A stretch of 63,752 nt of DNA, filler included, from Asterionella formosa (lineage: Eukaryota): assembly GCA_002256025.1 (NCBI GenBank). It is 18 parts of 18 records of this genome, joined end to end, with 100 filler letters (N's around TTAATTAATTAA, not from the genome) between each part and the next. Parts side by side here need not be neighbours in the genome. Positions count along the whole stretch, not along the records: positions 1,991 to 31,991 come from NKIB01000926.1; positions 32,092 to 33,979 come from NKIB01000927.1; positions 34,080 to 35,966 come from NKIB01000928.1; 15 more parts are not named here. One strand, 5' to 3'. Made by a program: the position numbers and the translations under genes. Positions 23,606 through 36,066 of this stretch are shown one piece after another (position 1 is the stretch's first letter; each line of letters begins with the position of its first letter). The notes below the pieces were generated by a model that had not been told where the DNA came from, searched no databases, and saw only the letters and a list, made by a program, of their open reading frames with translations.

Positions 23606-23684
23606 TGCAAGCTGCGGTAATATTGCTGGAGCCAAATATTTAGCTTTCTTTATCCAATTGTTTGCAAAACGACCGCAACTTGCA
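23606..23684. repeat. 79-bp element with imperfect terminal inverted repeats; right end recurs at 41689-41709
   Basis: TGCAAGCTGCGGTAATATTGC...GCAAAACGACCGCAACTTGCA; 20/21 match to GCAAAATGACCGCAACTTGCA at 41689. Confidence 0.45.
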
Positions 23685-24160
23685 CAGGTACCAGGTACTA
23701 TGTGACTACAACTACCGGTGCATCTCTACATCTTAAGATATGTAGCATTCCATACACTCCTCCGCCCTTTTTTTTCTTTTGTGAGTATGTAACGGTAGTG
23801 TTGCATAGACATGATTTCCCTGTGGTACTGGTATGTACTGCGTTCATCGATTTGGATCGAGTTTCGATTCATAATAACTTAACTACTGCTGCTTGGGCGG
23901 CTTTGTTTGTTTTATTGGCGGATAAAATTTTGATGCAATTGTGAAGGATGCTTGCATCAGCATCCTCAGCAGAGTAAAAATCATTATCTCATTCGTCGCT
24001 GTCGTGGGCTTTACATATTACTCCTCGTAATACTTTCGATTTCAAAAATACGATTCATTTCACTTCTCTCACTGTCATTCAAACCAACTTCCTTGAGATT
24101 ATAAACACTTCACAACTACTACTACTACTACTACTAAAACGACCTTTCACAACCAGTACA

Positions 24161-24799
24161 ATGCCCGGCTGGTTGACTCCAATCGTTTCCCTAATCGTCG
24201 GCGTCGGTGCCTTGCACGCAGCAGTCAAAATGAATCAACCCAAGATTGATCGATTCTTCATGGGACTCTTTCGAGATTTGGGTCGCTATAAGGCTCGCAA
24301 ACGACGGATGCAGGGAGGTGGGAATTCACTCATGGCAGTATTGATGTACAAAGATGATCCATTGCAAGATTTGCAAGACATTCAAGACGAAGACGAGAGT
24401 AACATTGTGTGGTACACAGCCGACGAATTGATGGAATTTGGAGACGGCACGGAAGGACGGCCCATTTTGATTTCCTTGTTTGGGAGAGTCTATGACGTCT
24501 CGAAGGGATCGAGGTTCTATGGAGAGACTGGCACATATTGGATGTTTGCTGGGAATGATGTTACGTACTCGCTGTCAACCGGTTGCAAGACAGAAGCTTG
24601 TGTGGAGAAGAGCGCCAGCGAATTGACTGAAAAGGAGCTCAAGGAAGGGAAGCGGTGGCTGTCATTTTTTCACATGCATGACAAATATCCTTTTGTGGGA
24701 AAACTGGAGGGAAATCATATCAATGTACTGATGGATGAGTTGGTGGATCAGAATATCATGATGAATGAAGATGGAGAGCTCGTTGCTCCAATCAATTAG
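24161..24799 (+). CDS. Cytochrome b5-like heme/steroid-binding (MAPR family) protein
   Basis: N-terminal membrane anchor; YTADELMEFGDG, ILISLFGRVYDVSKG..FYG..G.Y..FAGND, KYPFVGKL. Confidence 0.88.
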   Translation: MPGWLTPIVSLIVGVGALHAAVKMNQPKIDRFFMGLFRDLGRYKARKRRMQGGGNSLMAVLMYKDDPLQDLQDIQDEDESNIVWYTADELMEFGDGTEGRPILISLFGRVYDVSKGSRFYGETGTYWMFAGNDVTYSLSTGCKTEACVEKSASELTEKELKEGKRWLSFFHMHDKYPFVGKLEGNHINVLMDELVDQNIMMNEDGELVAPIN

Positions 24800-26499
24800 T
24801 TGACTCTTACCAAATCTGCATCAATCATGGTTTTCGAATATCAGAAGGCATGAGTGGCAATATGCTATTTTAAACATGGATAATAATCTATTTGCAATAG
24901 ACTGTACTAGAGTGTCTCATTTGATTGAGTCATCATTCATTATAGTGCTTTCATTTGGTACATAGCAAATCTACAAATCAGTGTCACTGCTTCAAGACCT
25001 GCATCACTGGTACTGTGTGGAACTCCACTTTCGCTGTCCTGAATCCATAGTCAGCACCATGTCCATGGTTCAGTAAAAAAGTGAATGGAAAATAAGCATA
25101 GGCATCAACAACATTCCTCCACAAAACCCACATCCNNNNNNNNNNNNNNNNNNNNNNNNNNNNNNNNNNNNNNNNNNNNNNNNNNNNNNNNNNNNNNNNN
25201 NNNNNNNNNNNNNNNNNNNNNNNNNNNNNNNNNNNNNNNNNNNNNNNNNNNNNNNNNNNNNNNNNNNNNNNNNNNNNNNNNNNNNNNNNNNNNNNNNNNN
25301 NNNNNNNNNNNNNNNNNNNNNNNNNNNNNNNNNNNNNNNNNNNNNNNNNNNNNNNNNNNNNNNNNNNNNNNNNNNNNNNNNNNNNNNNNNNNNNNNNNNN
25401 NNNNNNNNNNNNNNNNNNNNNNNNNNNNNNNNNNNNNNNNNNNNNNNNNNNNNNNNNNNNNNNNNNNNNNNNNNNNNNNNNNNNNNNNNNNNNNNNNNNN
25501 NNNNNNNNNNNNNNNNNNNNNNNNNNNNNNNNNNNNNNNNNNNNNNCTGTGTTCTTGTTCTTCCTTCATTTCTTTAATTTTTTCATTGTCATTGTTATCT
25601 TTATCATGGTATGGCATAGAATCTACGCAAAAGTTCTTTTGAAGCTGTCCTTGCTTACCTTTCATGTGCTCACCTGTTATCTTTGTGCCCAAGAGATGCT
25701 GAGTGCCTGTTTTGGATCTGTGCATGTCAATGTAGTAGGTAGGCTAGCAAGATTGATTCTTCTGCCATCGGCTTGGCCACCATATGCTTCAACATTCTCC
25801 AATCCATCCAAAGAAGTGAATCAAGGTGAGACTTTGGTGTCACCATCATTCCAACAAGCAACAAGTTGCCTGGACCTTTGGTGGCGGTCAGGTCGTGATG
25901 ACTTGATATAAAATGTCGTTGTATTTTCGTATTCTTTTTATGATGAAAACTCAATTTTGCTATATTCGCTTGAGTAGAAACCAGGGGGCTACCAGGACTG
26001 GTATAAGTTTTTTTAAATTTTAAAATACACCTTCGTCCACTTACTGGTATATAAATGTATGATACCAGAAGGTACCTGATACTACAAAATTTATAGAGAT
26101 TGCGTTCTCAATACCTGGTACCGTATTTTATTTTAGAGGCCAGCAATCTTAGTAACAGAGATACAAATTATTTCTTGTTTTATCTTCTGAAAAAATGAAT
26201 CTTTACAGGAGAGATACTTTTCACAAATATATCCCTGTAATGGCAATAGCTATAGTTAGCCATTTTCTTTATGTTTCTGAAAACATGTGCATCAGACTCA
26301 GCAAAAATATTTGCAATGTTTGATTCAATTATTCAACATGTCTGACCATCATCATTACTGTGTAGCAACAATGACAAATCGACTGGAAAAACCTGACAGT
26401 TGGGATCATGTCATTGACAATCTTGATATAGAACCGGAACAACAGAGCTTTTTATTCATTGCAGCAGTTGCATTATCATTTTTGGAGTCCTATGAACGA

Positions 26500-27650
26500 A
26501 ACTAGTACTAGAAGCCAGTGCGAATTCCAAAATGGGAGCATCAAAAAATTGACTGGAATGAGCATGCCTCTTCAAGCTTTCAATCAACTACTGGAACTCC
26601 TTCGACCTTCCATCACAGTTAATGTTGTCAAATCAAATGCAAGTTCCGGTTTATAAATCTCAAATCAGCATATTTATCCTGAGTTGATCCTTGCCATCGG
26701 ACTTCGCTGTCTCGCAGGCGGAAACCTCATAGACATTCGTCATGTCTATGGAGTTTGTTATCCATCTGTTTATTCCATCACTAAAAGTGAACTCCTGCAC
26801 AGCAATATCAACAAAATTCCCTACAAAAAACAAGGAGAATCAAGCAGTGATGAATGGATTTCTTGAAAAAAGCGAGCAGCAACTATGTCGTGGATGCATT
26901 GGTGCTATAGATGGATATTTACAGCCTATTGCTAAACCAAGAAAAAAGGATTGTGATGGCTTTCCTCATGCATATTGGTCTGGGCATTATATGTCATATG
27001 GATTGAATGTTCAAGCTGTTTGCGACAGCAATTGTTGTTTCCCATACTTTGGTGTTGTAGCACCAGGAAAATGTCCAGATCAGAAGGCGTTTGAAAGAAC
27101 AAAAGTTTTTCAGATTGTATCCAACCTTTGTCCAGGACAATACACAGTAGCTAGGTGATGCTGCTTACACATTGACTGATCAAGTGCTCTGTCCATTTGC
27201 TGGAAGTCAAAGGGAATCAACAAACAAAGATGCATACAACTATTTCTTTCACAACTACGCATTAGAATTGAGATGACGTTTGGATTGCTCACCAATAAAT
27301 GGAGGATCCTTAGGACATCCTTCTCCTTCAAGATGAAAAAATCAGTTCAATTCTTTCTGCTTGTGCCGGCTTACACAATTTTTGCCTACTCATGGATGAT
27401 GATAAAGAGAAAAAACTTACTAATGGAATGGATTTTCTGGCTAGTTTGGAGGTTGTTGATCCAATGCCCAATGCTCCTCTTGGGTGGGCTCAGCTATCTT
27501 CCAACTGTCCGGAAGTTGGATGTAGTACAAGTTACTTCACAGATTCGGCAAATTATTCTTGAATGTTTTCACTAACAATGGGTTTAGGTGGCCTCCAGCT
27601 AATGTGTTGCGCCGATGACGTGAACTGACTGAAATAGGATTAATATAGCA
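26500..27650 (+). pseudogene. Decayed PIF/Harbinger transposase (DDE_Tnp_4)
   Basis: LAIGLRCLAGG, CIGAIDG, YGLNVQAVCD, (frameshift at 27148) GDAAYTL, QLRIRIEMTFGLLTNKWRIL. Several frameshifts and stops; boundaries approximate. Confidence 0.9.
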
Positions 27651-28799
27651 TACAAACTATAACTGGAAGGAATTATGTAATAACAAGAACTAAGTAGAAA
27701 TATAATTGCTAACCTAATTATGATTAGATGCATTTTCTTCAGCTGTTTGTATGAGAGCTACAGAATTCTTGGTCAGTGCATACATTCTAGTAGCTTCAAA
27801 AAGTTTGGCTTCAAAAATTCAACAAAACTGACATTCTCTTGATACTCCTTACCATCACATTTTATGACACTTCATTGCTTGCTACTTCAGCCCATGGGAG
27901 CGCCTTTTCTTGTCAGATACTTCTTTAGGCAAGGAGACGATCTTGTTGATGATGCAGGAGTAAAGGGAGCACTGTTTCTTTTCAGATACTTCTTTGGTTC
28001 TTTTGATGACTTTTTGTTGTACCCCACCATCATGTCTCGAAGATCAAGAGTCTTTAACCAATTCTTAATGAGTGTAATTGTTTTCATCTTTGTCTTTGCT
28101 TCTGTATCTGGTGATTTTAAAGTGAATGCAAATACAACAGAAGTCATTGTAGCAACATCTGTTGGGGGGAACATCTGTTGAATGAGCATGTCTTTTATTT
28201 TGTTCAAAGACCCTTCATTGTCAATGAAAAAATCACCAGGAGTGATACTTGCAACCCACTGGTCATCCTATTTCCTTGCTGCAGAGTGTAAGTTTCATTG
28301 TCTGAAGATTCAAATGATGCTATTGTGCAAGATGTTTACAAGTGATGTGAAGCATTATTCCATGAGTAGCTAGTTATAATACTTTCTGCTGAGAATCCCT
28401 CCTCCCAAAATTCATTTCTGTTGTTGCCGTTAGCGATAAAAATGGTGTCTTTGTTGATCAATTTAATTTCATGACATACATTAAATTTATAAAATTAGTG
28501 TTTCTTAATTCTGTATCTGCAGTGATACACACAGATAGACATTTCGGAGCAACAAAAAATGTGTTCCTGGAAGCAATATATCCCCCGGATATGTGAGATG
28601 CAAAAAATTGGGCCGAGCAACATTTTTTTTGATTTTTTGTATGATCTCTTTCGCATCATGTCGTGTTCGCAAGAGTTCCATACATCGAATGAAACTATAT
28701 GTAACTTATACGAAGAAAGAGAACCATCAAGGCACAAGCAAGGGCAAATCAACAAGGTGCCGTTCGGAACAACCACAGCATGAAGAACACAAAAAAGCA

Positions 28800-29879
28800 A
28801 TGATCAGGACACGTAATACGATTACCACGTTTGTCCAAGCATTAATTACATACTATTACGCCGCCATTGCAATCTCTTCGACACCAACTGGTCATATTAC
28901 TCAAGCCATCCAAATGAAAGCCGCCATTCGTTCCGGATTCCCTACAAGTCACTTGGCTTTCAGCAACGATTTCGCTGTTCCGAAATCCACAAAATCCGAC
29001 CATGTTCTCATCAAGGTCAACGCTGCCGCCATTAATCCCGTCGACTACAAGCTCCCCAAGCTTTTTGCCGGTGACATTTATGGTATTGACATGTGTGGGA
29101 CCATCACTGAGGTCGGATCTGGTGTTACGACATTGAGTGTTGGTGATTTGGTCTTTGGACCTGCCGCGACTGGATCATTGGCAGAATTTACAACCGCCGA
29201 CGCCACCAAGATTGCCAAGGTCCCTTCTGGATGGACTCCCGTGGAGGCTGCCGCACTGCCTGTCGCATACGTTACGGCAGTGACAGGGTTTGCCAAGGGG
29301 GGCATTACTGCTACCTCTCCCAAGGAAAGTGTGTTGGTGATTGGTGCAAGTGGCGGTTGTGGAATTGCGGCTTGCCAAATTGCTCACGGTATGGGAGTCA
29401 AGCGCATTATTGGGATCTGCTCCAGTGCGAATGCGGAGTTTGTCAAGGCGAACGGTGCCACTGAAGTTGTAGACTACCATGATACGGTGGGATTGCAAAA
29501 GTTCTATTCAGACAATGCTGGAATGATTGATTTTGTCTATGATGCCGCAACTGGAAGTGGAGGGGGCGAGATGTATGCCGGAGCAACGTTGCCACTCTTG
29601 AAGAAGGATGGCACCTATATTGCTCTCAATGGAAAGGCCTCCAATTGGATGGGTCAATTTTTTTTTGGCCGTGGATTTAAGGACAAGCGCCAGAAGATGC
29701 ACTTGACTGCTCATTCCACTGCTGCATTGGAAACAGTCACAACCATGCTGGACAAGAATAAGTATCGCCCGACATTGATCCATTTTGACTTTAGTGAAGC
29801 AGGTGTGAAGAGTGGATTTGAGCAACTCAAAAGTCGAAGAACCAAGGGGAAACTTGTGTGTGAGGTCGCCCCTTTGTAG
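28800..29879 (+). CDS. Medium-chain dehydrogenase/reductase (quinone oxidoreductase-like)
   Basis: VLIKVNAAAINPVDYK, GIDMCGTITEVG, EAAALPVAYVTA, VLVIGASGGCG, SRRTKGKLV. Start at 28800 or 28914. Confidence 0.9.
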   Translation: MIRTRNTITTFVQALITYYYAAIAISSTPTGHITQAIQMKAAIRSGFPTSHLAFSNDFAVPKSTKSDHVLIKVNAAAINPVDYKLPKLFAGDIYGIDMCGTITEVGSGVTTLSVGDLVFGPAATGSLAEFTTADATKIAKVPSGWTPVEAAALPVAYVTAVTGFAKGGITATSPKESVLVIGASGGCGIAACQIAHGMGVKRIIGICSSANAEFVKANGATEVVDYHDTVGLQKFYSDNAGMIDFVYDAATGSGGGEMYAGATLPLLKKDGTYIALNGKASNWMGQFFFGRGFKDKRQKMHLTAHSTAALETVTTMLDKNKYRPTLIHFDFSEAGVKSGFEQLKSRRTKGKLVCEVAPL

Positions 29880-30495
29880 ATATAGGAAAATAAGATAGAG
29901 TGCAGTATGTACCGGTAGTCAAATCGAAAGTCTGGATAGTTGCGACTTTTTCCAAAGATTCTCAACTTGCTGCTCNNNNNNNNNNNNNNNNNNNNNNNNN
30001 NNNNNNNNNNNNNNNNNNNNNNNNNNNNNNNNNNNNNNNNNNNNNNNNNNNNNNNNNNNNNNNNNNNNNNNNNNNNNNNNNNNNNNNNNNNNNNNNNNNN
30101 NNNNNNNNNNNNNNNNNNNNNNNNNNNNNNNNNNNNNNNNNNNNNNNNNNNNNNNNNNNNNNNNNNNNNNNNNNNNNNNNNNNNNNNNNNNNNNNNNNNN
30201 NNNNNNNNNNNNNNNNNNNNNNNNNNNNNNNNNNNNNNNNNNNNNNNNNNNNNNNNNNNNNNNNNNNNNNNNNNNNNNNNNNNNNNNNNNNNNNNNNNNN
30301 NNNGCAAAAGAACGATGATATAACAATTCGGATGATGAGGCAGTACAATTTAAACAACTTTTAAGATATAAACTAATACAAATACGGTATGAACATTTAG
30401 ACGCACACACAAATGACACGATCCACTATAGTAGTATACCAGTAGTCTAGCTTATTTAAAGTCCAAACACTTTTACGAGAGACATACAAAACAGT

Positions 30496-31542
30496 TCACG
30501 ACGAGGTCGTTGCCGCTGCATCCTTATTCTCAGCACCCTTGTCACCTCGATTAAATCTCGAAGATCTCGACGACGGTTTGAGTATTTGAAAAGAACACAT
30601 TAAATGTTCGTCCACACTAATCATTCCTCCAGCATTGTCAAATTCCCCACAGTAGTTGGGTGCCGAAAACAACGTCACCAACCTCCTCCCGGCAAAGAAT
30701 TCATACCCATCTTCCACCACTTGATGCGCCCGCACCAATAGATCCAAATCATGTTCTTCCAGAAACGTCGTAACAACGTCGGCCCCAAATGTAAAACTCA
30801 CACCTCGATCATTTTCTGCCCAGCCCGCAATGTCCGGCGATGGGTCCGACCACAACAAGTCACACATGAGACCAACATCTGGGACATCACATGGCCGTTC
30901 CAAGTCAGCAATCATTTGCAAATTACTGAGTTCGGGAGAGAGACCTCCGTGCATGCAAAGAATCTTTTCGTCAATCAGGGCACTAACGGGTAGACAGTTG
31001 AAGGCATCAGAGAAAATCTTCCATAATTTGATACTATACCGTCGCTTGCACTCGTCATAAAATCCGTAAATTCTGTTGATTCCCGCGGATTCATGGTTGC
31101 CTCGTAGAATGAAAAAGTTCTCTGGGTACTGAATTTTGTAGCAAAGGAGGAGACAAATGGTTTCCAGCGACTGCTTGCCTCGGTCGACGTAGTCCCCCAA
31201 GAATAGGTAGTTACTTTCCGGTGGAAAGCCCCCGTATTCTAAAAGGCGCAGGAGATCCGTGAATTGTCCATGCACATCTCCGCAAATCTTCAGTGGGGCT
31301 TCTAATTCCAACAGCATGGGTTGCGCTAGTAGGACTGGGCGAACTCGTTGACAGAGCAACTTGATTTCTTGTTCCGCAAGGGATGCCAGCGTGCCTGGAG
31401 GAGACCCACGGAGCCCCAGCAGGCGCTGTGTGATGTTGATCACAGGTTCCATGTCTGCCCTGACAACAGGAGGCGTGGCGTCGGGGGCATGGTGCAGAGG
31501 AGGAGCGCTGTCGCCGGTGGCTGTTTCGGGAGTGATGGACAT
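30496..31542 (-). CDS. PP1: Serine/threonine protein phosphatase PP1 catalytic subunit
   Basis: [46 protein letters not shown]. Confidence 0.96.
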   Translation of the reverse strand: MSITPETATGDSAPPLHHAPDATPPVVRADMEPVINITQRLLGLRGSPPGTLASLAEQEIKLLCQRVRPVLLAQPMLLELEAPLKICGDVHGQFTDLLRLLEYGGFPPESNYLFLGDYVDRGKQSLETICLLLCYKIQYPENFFILRGNHESAGINRIYGFYDECKRRYSIKLWKIFSDAFNCLPVSALIDEKILCMHGGLSPELSNLQMIADLERPCDVPDVGLMCDLLWSDPSPDIAGWAENDRGVSFTFGADVVTTFLEEHDLDLLVRAHQVVEDGYEFFAGRRLVTLFSAPNYCGEFDNAGGMISVDEHLMCSFQILKPSSRSSRFNRGDKGAENKDAAATTSS

Positions 31543-32092
31543 TCGCTGACACTCTTCACAAAACGTGATCGACTAGTCTTGGCGAGTGGATGAATCGAAA
31601 GGAGTGAATCAGAGGGACAGCCCCTAAGCAGCTGAGACAGTAGCAGTAAAGGTAGCAGCAGTAGGAGAGGATAGTTTGGGGTGAGCTGCAGCCAAGCATG
31701 AGGTGAAGGAATGAAATTGCTACAGTAGCTTTTTTTATTTTATACACTCCATATTTTGTGCACTTCTTTGCTGTTGCAACGTGCTCGGAGTACCAGGGTA
31801 CCTTGCAGTACCGGGTACCAGCGTAGCTACCCTGGTACCAGAGTATCACAAGATCAATGCTAGACACTGCACAAGGCTGTGATGCTGCTGTCAACAAAAT
31901 ACAGTGCGTATATCCCCCGTCATTCAGCGAGCGATGCTCCATTTTCGTCCGGATGTACAACATCACCTGCATTGTAAGATCATGCATCTACNNNNNNNNN
32001 NNNNNNNNNNNNNNNNNNNNNNNNNNNNNNNNNNNTTAATTAATTAANNNNNNNNNNNNNNNNNNNNNNNNNNNNNNNNNNNNNNNNNNNNA

Positions 32093-33979
32093 CCCTGTGC
32101 CTGTTCCACATGCTCGTATGTTAAATACATCGAGTCATAATACTCGTCCATCCGGTTGGGGTACCGTGCCACGTGCCGATCCAACCGAGAATACATCTGC
32201 CCAGGAAATTTCAGTGGTCACGAACCCTCCTGCTGGCCAGATAGTGACTTTTGTCCCTACTATACAACAGCAGATTGCTGATCGCCATTACAGCAGTATG
32301 TGCGATAATAGCGATGCTATTTATAATGACTCGTTGAGTATATCTCACGTTAGTCATCACCTGAATAATATTGTTTATTTACATGTTGAAATACACTATG
32401 GATACCGCGGTTAATGTTACGCGGGATATATATAACTGTATTGATGGACATGATGTTCCATATACATATCAGGGCCCCATTCCGGTTTCCTTTTTTACTT
32501 CTAAGGATATATTAACATCAATTGATTTGATTCCGATGTCCCTTTTAGCGCCAAGATTGGTGGATAATATACCGATACATCAAACACTACGAGTATTATT
32601 CGATAGTGGAGGATCGTTATCCTTAATACATGAACGGGTTATGCCTCAAGGTATTTCTTTGTCTGACGAGACTTCCCAATTAATACATACCATAGCTAGC
32701 TGGTGCTTATTCATCTCATGCCAGTGTCATGCTACATGACCTGATTTTACCGGAATTTAATCGATCCGCTCATATTTTACAACAAAAGTGTCAAGTCTTT
32801 AATGTTCAATGCACATTTGATGTTATTTTAGTAGGACGTGATTTCCTACGTCAAGTTGGTTTAACCATTGACTTCGTAAATAACACCATGTCCTGTATGG
32901 ATATGATTGTTCCTATGCATCCTCTCACATTCTTTGATGATAAAGAACGTTTACAAGATGTATTATTATATTTCGATGCACCTATGATTGATATGCGCTG
33001 GAAATTAAAGCTGCTGAATATAATTACGTAAAAATTGATACAGTGGTGGATAAACAGATACATTTGACAACAATACAACGATCATGTTTACGATCTTTAT
33101 TGGTTAAATATCAAACATTATTTGATGGCAAATTAAAAGTCTATCCTCATAAACAAGTACATTTGGAATTATTATCAAATGCTGTTCCTCGTCATCAACG
33201 AGCATATCCGGTCGCTCATATTCATTTAAAAGTTTTCAAAACGGAATTACAACGATTATGTGATATTGGAGTCCTCCAAAAATGTGGTGCTTCTAAATGG
33301 GCATCTCCCACTTTTATTATTCCAAAAAAGGATGGAAGTGTCCGATGGGTATCAGATTTTCGTGAACTTAATAAAGTCATCAATCGCAATATATATCCTT
33401 TGCCTCGAATACAAACTATTCTCACTAAACGTGCTGGATATGTATTTTTCACCAAATTGGATGTTTCCATGCAATACTATACTTTTGCATTGGATGAGGA
33501 GAGTCAAAACTTGTGTGTTATTTCAACTCCATTTGGTTTATATAAATATTTACGCCTCCCTATGGGGGTGAAACAATCATCTGACATTGCACAAGAAACT
33601 ATGGAACAGATCCTTAGTGATTTAGATGATGTGGAAATTTATATTGATGTTGTTGGTTGTTTTTCAATGAATTTTTCAGATCACCTTCATTTATTGGACA
33701 CTATTTTATATCGTTTACAGACAAATGGTTTTACAATTAATCCATTTAAGTATGAATGGTCCATCCAAGAGACAGATTGGTTAGGCTATTGGTTAACTCC
33801 TAATGGACTGAAACCTTGGTCTAAAAAGGTCCGAGCATTGATTAATATGTCTTCACCTACCAATTTTAAACAAGTTCGATCACTTCTCGGTGCTGTTACT
33901 TACTATCGAGACATGTTTCCTAGACGATCGCATGTTCTTGGACCACTTACGGATTTAATTGGAACTAGTCCCTTTGTCT
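32093..33979 (+). mobile_element. Ty3/gypsy pol fragment (protease + reverse transcriptase), degenerate
   Basis: LRVLFDSGGS, WASPTFIIPKKDG, WVSDFRELNK, KLDVSMQYY, RLPMG. Catalytic YIDD reads YIDV (33640-33651); frameshifts near 32693 and 32990. Confidence 0.93.
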
Positions 33980-35636
33980 NNNNNNNNNNNNNNNNNNNNN
34001 NNNNNNNNNNNNNNNNNNNNNNNTTAATTAATTAANNNNNNNNNNNNNNNNNNNNNNNNNNNNNNNNNNNNNNNNNNNNATGTGCGCAATTTCGGACGCT
34101 GATCTGCTTCAATGCATAATTTATGCAACTTGGATTCACATCCCCAATAGCAAACACCATGAAGGAATGATGTGCTTGGATCTTCTTCCTCTTTTTCCGT
34201 CATGATGGATGATGAGCAATATTATATAGTCGACAGACAGCACTCACATTTACTTGACGATTCAATTGTAATGACTGATGGTGGTGCTGGTGCTGGTGAT
34301 TATACCTTGGTATACGAAGGATCATGGGAAAATCAGTTGTGTGTTGTTGTGTCCTTTTTCTGTACATAATTTCCGGTATACCAGTACCGCTATTTACAAT
34401 GGAAGGATTGATGATCGTATTTTCTTCCATTTTCCATATTTAAAATTATTTCTATGATACACATAATTTTTTGGTTATTTAAGGCAAACATACCTACCGG
34501 GATGTTAATAACGGTACTACCAGGTACTACATATACTAACTACGCCATTACATTTACCCTGGTGGTCTTTTCCTGGTGCAGGACACGAATCAGACACCAA
34601 TCGGACATAAGCAAACATAGTACGGTATACCGGTATCTACATAGTAGTCTACCGGATATCATCCGGAATATAAATACGGTAAATTTTGGGGGACATGGAA
34701 CTACAGTGTGTACAAAAAAAAGGTATGATGGTCGTTCTCTTCATATTTAGCTAGCAAATACCTTTATGTACCCCCGGTACCTGGTAGTGAAATTGGCAGT
34801 TACCGGTATGCATATTCTCTCTGCATTCACTCCAAATTCTTTATAGGACAAAGTGTTACCAGGGTATTCGATTTCATAAGTATACATATCAGTATATAAA
34901 TATAAATATTTGAAGAAAGGGAGCATGCACTAGTATTGATATACCAGGTACACTTGTTTTTGGTCGTAGAACATTCTTCAAACATGTGTTCTAGGAGGAA
35001 AATATTATGTACTCCTTGTTTGACCTATGTCGTACATCAGGGAACGAACTCATGTACTGTATGTACAGCAAACAAAACAGGTACCTGGTACCTGGTACAC
35101 TACTCGTCGAACAGGTGGCTGAGCACCTGTGGGATGAGGAGACCATCGATTTGGCTAGCGGCAGCGCCGCTGGTAGGATTTTCTATTGAAACACATTATA
35201 TTTTATGTTCGTATATGAATAATATAAATAAAACAGGCATTGATTCTCGTGATCCACACATTTAACTGTACTGCTTGCTGACTTTCGTCTTTATCACAAT
35301 CTATTTTCCAGCCTCTTCTTCCTTTTGTGTTTAATAAATACGCACAGACAGCAGACCTGCTAACTATAATGGTACCAGGTACTACGGAGTACGGAGTAGT
35401 ACATCATTGTAATTTTTTAAATTAAAATATACGCACGGTATTGATACGTACTATACGGTATGTGTGGTCTACCGGTATGCTGGTTTGTCTTTTCCCATAT
35501 CATTATTATATATATATTTTATTATATAAATTATTTTATTGCTCATGGTCTTGATGCTCAAAACAAAAACATACCTCTCCTCTACAGTGTCTCCCAATCA
35601 TCTGACTGTTTCGTTCGTTCTATTACAAGTGTCACA

Positions 35637-35966
35637 ATGGAATCAACAATCACGGCTGCTGCTGCTGCTGCTACTAGTAATAGCAACAATAACCACACAC
35701 AGCAAGAGCAACTTCAACTAGATCAGAAACAGCAACCTCAACAAGATCAGAATCAGCAACCACTACCGGTGGATCAGAAACAACAGCAGCAACAACAACA
35801 ACAACAACAATACACTGCCAACAAACCTCACGACCATCGTATCCATACCAACACCACAACTACAGTCCTTCAAGCCAATCGCACCAACAGCAACAAGAAC
35901 AGAAAGCGTCGCTTGGTTGAGGACACAAATACTGCCACCACTCATACTGCTGCAGCGGCCACTGCG
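35637..35966 (+). CDS. 5' fragment of a gene with an Ala/Gln-rich low-complexity N-terminus
   Basis: ATG in ACAATGG context, polyQ tract and basic KNRKRR motif; open up to the contig end. Confidence 0.45.
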
Positions 35967-36066
35967 NNNNNNNNNNNNNNNNNNNNNNNNNNNNNNNNNN
36001 NNNNNNNNNNTTAATTAATTAANNNNNNNNNNNNNNNNNNNNNNNNNNNNNNNNNNNNNNNNNNNN

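Noticed and set aside
25085..25725. ORFs spanning N gaps (also 29711-30419 and those ending XXXLIN)
   Set aside because: Artefacts of gap and linker translation.
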